A DNA stretch of 59,879 nucleotides, counting the filler, from Bipalium vagum (Eukaryota), in the NCBI GenBank assembly GCA_037834085.1. It is 3 parts of 3 records of this genome, joined end to end, with 100 filler letters (N's around TTAATTAATTAA, not from the genome) between each part and the next. Parts side by side here need not be neighbours in the genome. Positions count along the whole stretch, not along the records: positions 42,871 to 59,879 come from JBBMKC010083011.1; 2 more parts are not named here. One strand, written 5' to 3'. Under the pieces are notes generated by a model. That model did no database searches, was not told where the DNA came from, and saw only the letters and a list, made by a program, of their open reading frames with translations. The stretch's first letter is position 1; each line of letters begins with the position of its first letter. The translations under genes and the position numbers were made by a program. This document shows, one piece after another, positions 51,326 through 59,879 of this stretch.

Positions 51326-53261
51326 ACTTTCTTGCATAAGACTGTGACAGGAGACGAGACATAGATTCTATATGACAACCTTAAACGCAAAGCATCTTTG
51401 GTGAAGCCTTGCGAACAAAGTCTTAGGTTGGTACATCAGTTCCCGCATTTTTTTATTGAAAGGTTTTTTCGTGAAAACCAAATATTATTTTATTAATATT
51501 ACAAATAATAAATCAATCAGTAATATAGTTTCCGTTATTGTTCACAATCTGCTCCCACCTCTCGACCAATTTGTTGATACCATTTCTTCAGAAATCGCCA
51601 GTCTGGGTCTCGAAGAATTTGTTGAGCCAGTTTTTGAGATCTTCCTCGTTCTTGAATGTCACACCCCTCGATTGATTAGACAATGAGCGGTAGAGGTAAA
51701 AGTCAGTTGGCGCGAGGTCAGGAGCGTACGGTGGATGTTGAAGAATCTCCCATTTGAGCTCTTGGAGTGCCATTTTGACTATATTCGCTGTGTGTGGCCG
51801 TGCGTTGTCATGAAGCAAAATGACATGACTGCGACGCTCTGAACTTTTCAGTTGGTTAGCTTCGTTCACTCTTTGCAATTGGGCTACATAGAGTTCTTTG
51901 TTAATAGTCTTATTTTTCTTAAGGGTATTTCCCAGTGCACTAAACCCTCTCAGTTCCACCACACAGATATCACTGTTTTCTTGGGATGAAGCTCTTTTTT
52001 TTACTCTTAGCTTAGGCGTGATTCCTTTAGCTACCCAATACTTCCTCTTTCTCATATTGACGTAGAGACACCATTTCTCATCTCCCATGACGATTCTCTG
52101 CAGAAATCATTCCGTGTCGCCGCATGTCGCTCGGTGCCAAGCAAGATGTTGTGTTGTGATTTTGAGACGATTTTTTTGTTTTGATCGCTGAGTTTATGAG
52201 GTATCCAAGCTCCAAATTTTTTTGCTCAAAGCCGATCGAATGAAGGTGTCTGAAGATTATCGGATGAGTGCAGCCAAATTTTTTCAGCAAGTTCTCTGGA
52301 TGTTTGGCAACCATTCTCCTTTAAAAGCTGCTGAAGACGTTCTTCGTAAAATTCAGATGGTCGTCCAGAGTGAAATTTATCTTCAAGATCAAAATTACCC
52401 TTTTTGAATTTGTTGTACCATTCTTAAGCGGTCCTCGCACCTATTGCATTAGGTCCATAGACAGCACAAATGTCTCGTGCTGCTTCTTTAGCTTTCTGAC
52501 CATGGTAAAAGGCAAAATATAATAAATGCCGAAAATGAATTTTTTCGCTGTCTGGAATATCCATTTGTAGACCAAAAAAATATATGTATAATTACGTTAT
52601 TGAATGAATAATGATTACATGCTTGTAGCTTAAAAAAGCACTTTCAAAATAATTATTTTTCTCAGCAAATCAAAGCTAAAAATAGCAAGAATGACAAATT
52701 TTAAAAAACGCGGGAACTTATGTAACAACCTAACACATCAACGTCCAAACAAGATATTCATTGGTATAAAGTGATGATGTGTATCTGGTGGTATCAAAGA
52801 GATGTGATGTATTATGAACTGTTGAAATCATCAAAAACAATGATTGGTGAACGTTATTGATTCCAATTAATTTCTTTTGAAGCAAGCCCTGAAGGAGAAA
52901 AGGTTAGAATTGGCGGACAGACATGATAACATAATAATTTTACTACACGATAACGTCAGATCGCATGTTCATTTATTGTACTTAGAAGGGACAAACTAGG
53001 AAATCTTACATCACATGCCATATTCACCATATATTGCTCCTTCGGATTTCCATTTGTTCTGCTCCATGCAATCCACGCTTTCTGTGAAGTTGTGCAGTTC
53101 CAATGAAGACCTTCAAAAACGGATTGATATTTGGATTTCTTCAAAAGAATCGAATTTTTTGTAAATGGAAAATATTTTGATTTAATGTTATTAAATAAAA
53201 AAAACTTTAAAATTTCCTTTTTTATTAAAAAAAAGCCGGAATCATACTAATACACCTAATA
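51326..53261 (+). mobile_element. Decayed mariner interrupted by a younger mariner
   Basis: FLHKTVTGDET*ILYDNLKRK..VKP (51326-51420) resumes at 52734 as TSTSKQDIH..KVMMCIWW and LLHDNVRSH; TIR-like tacacctaata at ~53250. Confidence 0.8.
51423..52733 (-). mobile_element. Near full-length mariner (DD34D), ~1.31 kb, frameshifted
   Basis: TIRs ttaggttggtacatcagttcccgcattttt / aaaaaacgcgggaacttatgtaacaacctaa. Motifs GDEKWCLY, HDNARPH and HPPYAPDLAPTDFYLYRSL. Confidence 0.93.
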
Positions 53262-53399
53262 CCATATCCATGATTCGGAAGTTACGGATATCCAATTAAT
53301 TCAATCAAAAGACGTTATAAAGTACAAAATGCTAGGAAAACCATCACAAAAAGAACTGGTTTATATTTACATTTAATATTATTAAGTTTTAATAAAAGA

Positions 53400-53908
53400 A
53401 ATACTTTATTTATCAGTTAAGTGAAAATCGTTTAATTGTGTTCCCTTCCGATTCTGTCTCCACCCAATTTCAGCTTTAAAGGAAATCAAGTTTTTCAATT
53501 GTCTCGCCTTATTTTGGTTATGTGTTCTGTATAAGGGTTTATGATATATGTTCCATGCCTCTTATTTCTGCTCTAACAGAGTCTGTTTTTTATATAATAC
53601 GTTCACATAAAAGTACCTAAAAATTATTTCTGAAAAAAATATTTCTTTCACTTGCGCTTCTTAAATGTAACTGTTTTTAAATTCGTATAAAAAAGATTTC
53701 GATTTGTCAACCCATTTGACATAATTTATAGAAGCTAAAAATAAATTCGAAAATAATTTAAACCAAATTTAAGAGCATTATCATATTAAACAAAATATAA
53801 GCTTCAAATTGATATAATGATTAATATTTATAAATCAATATATTTTTAAAACATTAGAAAAATGATAGATTATTATTAAACGGCAATTTCTTTTGCACCA
53901 ACCTAATA
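53400..53908 (-). mobile_element. Deleted mariner remnant
   Basis: Typical mariner TIR aaacggcaatttcttttgcaccaacctaata at 53878-53908. Confidence 0.5.
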
Positions 53909-55051
53909 TTTCAAACTGAAGTACTCCTATTACCATTAATTATGAAACTCAACGTCACTCATATGTCATCTTACAGCCCTTTTGCAGATGTCCATTCGTT
54001 GAATCGAAATCTCCTTTAGTTTCCTATACAAATCAGATGACATTTCAGCAATTGAGTGTTCGATATTGGTTTTGAGAAAATCCCAAAAGAAAAATTCAAT
54101 GGATCCATAACGTCTATAGCATGAAAACCGCACCAGAGATATACAGAGATATATATGTCTTTTATGAATTATAATTAAAACATTTCAATTTATAATAGGA
54201 ATTGCATAAAAAGTCTATATTGAAAATAAAATTTAAAGAAAACAAACAAAACAGAAAAAGAATGTCAATGTGCCACTTATTTGGTTATCATAAATATTTT
54301 TTAAATTTATCATTCTAATTTCAAACATTTTAAAAGATTTTTATAAGGATATGGCTCAAGGTAAAAATTCTGATTTTTTAAATACATTTTATTAGAAATA
54401 CATGTTTTCTATACATTCATTTTACAGATTACATCGGTCAGAGTGCATTTCCGGCCTTAGTTAATTTTAGTTAATGATTTAAACAAATAATTTTATATTT
54501 TAAATGTCATTATTTCTATTGGTTGAATCCGTTTCAGTATTAACAAGTGACAAATCATATTGAAGAAAATTCAAATATATATTTCACTATAAATAAAGAT
54601 ATTGTTTTTAATTTTAAAAAGCTGTCATTATTAAAATATTATTTTAATTATTATTTATTCTCCGGCAAATGACTGTCAAATTTATCATAGTTTTCTTCTG
54701 GATCATCATAGGTTAGAACTTTGGTTAAATATTTTCACTCTTTGCAATAGCAAAAACATTAAGAGCACACCAGTTTCAATATTGCCAGCACTTAGTTTTA
54801 TTTATTTTTAATTAGATTAATCGATTAATTGATTTATTATTTCAGTAAACCGTCTGCAGAGTGAGACTTTGACGTGCAAATATTCAGAATTAATGAAATA
54901 TTTGAGTATTTTCTTTTTTCTTTTTTTATATCAAAAATTTTATTAAAACTTATTTGGATTGATAATATTTTAAATTTTATTTTATTTTTATTAAATTAAA
55001 TTTTAACTTTACAATTTTTATTAATACTTTTACTAATAATTATAAGAAATT

Positions 55052-55190
55052 NNNNNNNNNNNNNNNNNNNNNNNNNNNNNNNNNNNNNNNNNNNNNNNNN
55101 NNNNNNNNNNNNNNNNNNNNNNNNNNNNNNNNNNNNNNNNNNNNNNNNNNNNNNNNNNNNNNNNNNNNNNNNNNNNNNNNNNNNNNNNNN
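55052..55190. other. Assembly gap (N run)
   Basis: 139 N. Confidence 0.95.
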
Positions 55191-55692
55191 ATCCAGAAAA
55201 AAGATAATTGGAATAACATTTGAAATCGAATCTATAAATATGCAAAAGATTTCAGAGTATGAAAATAAATTTGTAAAGGGATATGCAGCAATAACGAATC
55301 TATAAAAATGTGAGTTTCAAAAAGTTGTTTTATGGAACAAAGAAAAAATTAATTTTACCTGAGAAAAAATAAAAGTTGACTTCATTCAAGGGCTATCAAA
55401 TTTTGCTTCAACTTTGATTCACGAGGCAAAGTCGAATTCATAGAAGGATTTGTGCATGATCCATATTTTGGAAGATATTTAATTTTAAATATACTGATGG
55501 AAAATTTTTTTCGCAGTTACTCTTGTTTGTAAAATTGGTAACTGTGTGTGTGGAATGAAATCTATCCAGTTATAATCGACATATAGTAATATACATTAGT
55601 TAAATAAAATTTAAGTATCTAATCTTTAAATAATGTTTCTAAGGTACATGAACAACAATGAAAATATTGAAAATTAAGAAAGGAAAATTTTT

Positions 55693-56856
55693 GGATCTAT
55701 TAAATATCACGACAGGAATGCCGTCAGATTTAATTGGTCATAATTGTTATATAACCATGCCGTCAAATTTAATTGATTGGTTTATTTAATTAACAGATAT
55801 ATATTAACAGGTATATATTTAATATTTATGTATTTATATATTTATCTTTATTTAGAAAATGGAATATGATTTTAATGATGTACTCACACCTTTCAATTCT
55901 TTAGAACTTATTCAATGGCTTATCAAACATGAGTTGTTAAAGGAGTCCATGGAATGCTTAAAATATTAAAACATTATGCATATGCTACCAGATAAAAGCA
56001 CATCTAATGGATACAAATGGAGACACTTAGTATTTCTACAAGGTCGCGGATGTCAAATTTTAAAATTCCTCTATCAATAATAGTGAAATCAATTAATTTA
56101 TGGTCCAGAAATATGACTTTTGTAGAAATTAAGAAGGCAGTTAAAATATCTGCACCAGTTTATATCAGAATAAGAAAATTTTTAATTGGTAAAATCAAAG
56201 TATATTCTCCATCCAATTAAACTGGTGGGCCTAACGTAATAGCGCAAGTTGATGAGACTAAACTAAATCATAATGTGAAATCACATCGTGGACGTTGTCC
56301 TATTCATCCTGCATGGTGTTTATGTATTGTAGACACATCAAACAAACCGGCCTCGGGGCTTGCAACAATGTCAGCTGACAAAACAATGTCAAAAATTATC
56401 CCAATAATCGAAAATGTTATGCGTCCAGAAAGTATTATTGCTGATGATGAAGCCAAAGTATAGGGAAGTATAATCAAAACCGGAATATATAACCACAAAA
56501 CAGTCTGTCATAAATATAACTTTGTGGATCCGGTAACAGGCGTTCACGCCCAGCATATAGAGAGTTATAATAACAAAATTAAACATTCTATTAAATATTT
56601 TTGCGGTGTAGATGCAGATAAAAGAGATTACTTCTTGCAAGAATTTATGTTTATAGATCAATTCCAGAGGCTGGTATTTGAAAAGATTTTGGAATTGATT
56701 CGAGTGGATAATATATGTATCTAATAACATATGTTTTTGTATTTTTTGTTTTGATTTTTTTAAACATACCGTCAGATTTAATTGATCATAATTTTTATGT
56801 AATCATACCGTCAGATTTAACTGATATGTTTTTCTGCCGTCATATTTAATAGATCC
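55693..56856 (+). mobile_element. Merlin (IS1595/ISXO2-like) DNA transposon, pseudogenised
   Basis: TIRs ggatctattaaatat.acg.cag / ctgccgtcatatttaatagatcc. 8-bp flanks aaattttt / caattttt. Transposase motifs GGPNVIAQVDETKL..KSHRGR, RPESIIADD and HKTVCHKYNFVDPVTGVHAQHIES. Confidence 0.9.
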
Positions 56857-56869
56857 CAATTTTTTTCGC

Positions 56870-57900
56870 ACACCATTGAGTTATTAACAATTTATTGCAC
56901 ATTATACAAATTCCCTTTGGACATTAAAAATTTACAAAACCGAGGTCTTAGTGATTCATATAAATCAATGATATGTTGTCTTATTGTTTATTATATGGAT
57001 ACTATCTGTTACGCGTAATTGTAACTCGTGCATATTGGTAAATTGCGGTCCATCATATACCATATCTGATATCATTTTCCAGGCATCTTCCACTATGCTC
57101 AGATCTGGACTTCTAGATGACTACTGAATAGTCTGTATATTTGAATAATTTAGGTAATCTTGTACCAATTTTGAAGTATGCACCATACAATTGTCTTTTC
57201 GAAGTTCAACTGTAAAGTTGGTACAGTGTACTTCTGCAACATATTTACAAAATACTTTAAAGTAAATTTACCAATTATGGAATGGAAAGACAAGAGACCA
57301 TTTGGAAAAATTATCGACCACAGCATTAAACTACCACCGTGACATTGCCTTCTCTGGCAGATATATATCGATGTTTTTGCAATAAATGTCATCCAGTTGT
57401 CAGGCCCGTCAAACGTAAATCGTTTTTCGTCCGTAAATATTGTATTTTCCCATGGGTGATTAGTTGATATCCAAATGGAAATTATATCTAATCTTAGCTG
57501 CTTATGCTTCTTTGACAGAACTGTTTGGTTTGAGGCTTTCTTGTATTTATAATCAATTTTGTTAAGTGACGATGTACTGTCCTTCGAGAGACGTTAAGAT
57601 ATAAATTTCTGATCAGTTGAATTCAATTGAATTCATCTTTTCATGCTTTTCGGTTAAACGCACAATTTCACGTTTTATAGGCAAACTCGATCTCTTATTA
57701 ATTTTATTTTTTTGGGCCAACTTTCTTTTTATGATCATTCAATCTATATATGATTAAACGTCTAGCTGAAAACCGCGTTATTCCTAAAAGTTTCGCGATC
57801 TCACCATAAATATTCCATTCTTTGTTCAACCGTTGTGCAGTCAGTCTGAATTAATTTGTATTCATATGTTATCTCTAAAATGTAAGAAAAAAATCCACAT
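56870..57900 (-). mobile_element. Tc1/Tc3-like element, decayed
   Basis: WENTIFTDEKRFTFDGPD, RQCHGGSLMLW and SRSPDLSIVEDAWKMISDMVYDGPQF. Confidence 0.85.
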
Positions 57901-59811
57901 TTTATGAAACTCTTCATTCTTCGTCACTCCATTATATTTTTTAATTGTTATCCCCAGTTTCTTGTTATTAATTTTTTTTTCATCATCTTTTGTGTTCGCC
58001 TTTCATTGGCTCGTTGTTTCGCCAATCATCGGCCTGGTTGGGGTGCGCTGTGGATAAATTAGTGTGCAATTTTTTACTTAATTCCGCCACTCGTCGGCTG
58101 CGCAGATTTTCATTCCCGGTCTTCTTTCCTAATACATCATACCAAGACAAAGCAGCAAACCAAAGCGAAACAGCAAACACTTGATCCTATGTTACTCTAG
58201 AGGTTGTATTTCCCAACTCCCCCGCACATCACCCTTTCGTATATTCCGAGAAAAAACCTTATGCCTTAACTCAAACCAAACAAAACTATATCACAGAAAA
58301 ATAAACAAAGGACTTTATATTATTTCTCGTATTATACTAGGGGTGGCAATGTGTGCAGGGTTTTTAGGACCTACCCCCTCAGAAATTTATATAAAAAATA
58401 AAAAAGTACCAAATTACTATTTAAACACAATATTAATTAAACGCTAATAGAGAAAATCAAACACCAAGCACCAAAAAATAAACACAATATTTCCTAATCC
58501 TTATCGGTCTTTTTTCCCTCATACTATTGAGTCTTAGTATTCCAGGCTACTCAGGAGATAAAGATTAGGGATAAAGAACATTCATCAGAAGATTATTTCC
58601 TCCAATATACCGTGAGAAGTGGATATTGGATTATTTCTTCATCTTTGGTTTGCTCATGGGGCCCTTATATATCATTTTTGTTCTCGTCCTAACCCTAACC
58701 CTCGTTGGGATGTCAAACTACTCATGATAATATATAATGGTCTCGACACCAAATTACCTTGAGCCTTGATAATTTTGTAATTTGATCAGAAATTAAAAAT
58801 AAAATAAAGCATATAAAAGTATGTTAATATTAAAATTATTTAAAAAGTTAGCAGTTTTTTAAAAAGTTATATATAAAAGTTTTATTATAATACTTGGTTC
58901 CAAAATAGAAAAGTCATTTATGTTTCACTAATTCGAATATAAGATTTATGGGGTATTTAAGTTTATATTTTTTAGGTAATTTCCAGTTGATTAATGGAGT
59001 ATTTATATTATCTCTACAGGTTATCATAACATTTATTAATTTATCCTTAATATAATTTTTCTTCACATTATAATCAACCAATAATAATTATATTTAATTA
59101 AGTATTTTGTTTTTCATAAATACGAATTTTAAAAATTGTATTTTTATATATATTATTTAAACAATTACTTAAATATTAAGATTATATTAACATAAAAATT
59201 TTTGAAGTTTATCATTTATTACAGAAAGAATCATTTCTCTGACTCTTATCTATTTCGTTAATATTACATTTTACTTACTGTGCGAAAAATATTGACCATC
59301 AGTATAGTTCACAATATTAAAGAATTAGAAATTAAATAAAACAGATAAAAAAGAATTATTTCAGAAATTTTGTAAAATAAAATTAAAATAAGTGAACAAG
59401 GAAAAGAATTATATGTTAACCTTTTTGAAAAAATGAATACTTAAAATATATTTTGAGAATAATAAATGGATGTTAACAAGATTAAAGAGGTGAGACTGAT
59501 GATCAAAACAAAAAAAGATTTATTAATTTTTTCATGAAAATATGGAATTATTGTTAGGTTTATATAAAATAATAATAATTATGAGAATAAAATAAATTAT
59601 TATAATAAATTCCACAAAATAATAAAATAACTAAGAATAATTTAAGTAACTTTTTATTATAAGAATAAATCAAAATAATTGAGGAAAGACAGAAGATTTT
59701 TTCCATTTATTTGTGGCTGGAAAGGATTTTTAACGGATTGTTTTTGCAATAATGATCGGATGGATTTTTCATTATTGTTAGATGTGCCAAAGGCGCAAAC
59801 CATAAAGATTG

Positions 59812-59814
<3 letters not shown>

Positions 59815-59879
<65 letters not shown>
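59815..59879. repeat. (AAT)n microsatellite running off the window end
   Basis: More than 20 tandem aat units. Confidence 0.95.

Noticed and set aside
57983-58447. GC-richer overlapping ORFs on both strands
   Set aside because: No recognisable motifs or splice pattern; probably part of an unclassified repeat.
58688-58702. cctaaccctaaccct telomere-like motif
   Set aside because: Only about 2.5 units; not evidence of a telomere or interstitial array.
17741-59879. DSL-Ig gene nested antisense inside a >40-kb unc-13 intron
   Set aside because: No upstream unc-13 exons were found, and the linker-containing gap at 20091-20190 means the contigs may not be truly adjacent.
1-59879. CRISPR arrays, operons or prokaryotic defence systems
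   Set aside because: The sequence is eukaryotic with spliceosomal introns; no regularly spaced direct repeats were seen.

Overview
Very AT-rich animal (invertebrate) nuclear DNA, not prokaryotic: spliceosomal GT-AG introns (many only 40-60 nt), dense decayed DNA transposons and four N-gaps. Two of the gaps carry an artificial TTAATTAATTAA linker, so adjacency across ~20.1 kb and ~42.8 kb is unproven. I can build four spliced host genes by hand. (1) The 3' end of a MARK/PAR-1 kinase (KA1 domain, + strand, 6419-9337). (2) A six-exon, 171-aa gene (+, 14761-15566) that the ORF track catches only in part. It looks like a highly divergent, Tudor-less SMN (survival motor neuron) protein, supported by a Gemin2-binding-like N-terminus, a YG-box, and two intron positions matching human SMN1. 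(3) The last five exons of unc-13/Munc13 (- strand, 15688-17740), convergent with the SMN-like gene. (4) A seven-exon type-I membrane protein gene (+, 25129-41751, 5' end uncertain) with an unusual architecture: a degenerate DSL (Notch-ligand) domain, a Cys-rich linker, four Ig-like domains in phase 1-1 exons, a transmembrane helix and a tail with NPxY/YxxL/ITIM-like motifs. The rest is mariner, Tc1/Tc3, piggyBac, Merlin (IS1595/ISXO2-like) and gypsy-like remnants, a tRNA-Ala-derived element, MITE-like inverted repeats and microsatellites. All gene models are manual and unverified by transcripts or database search.
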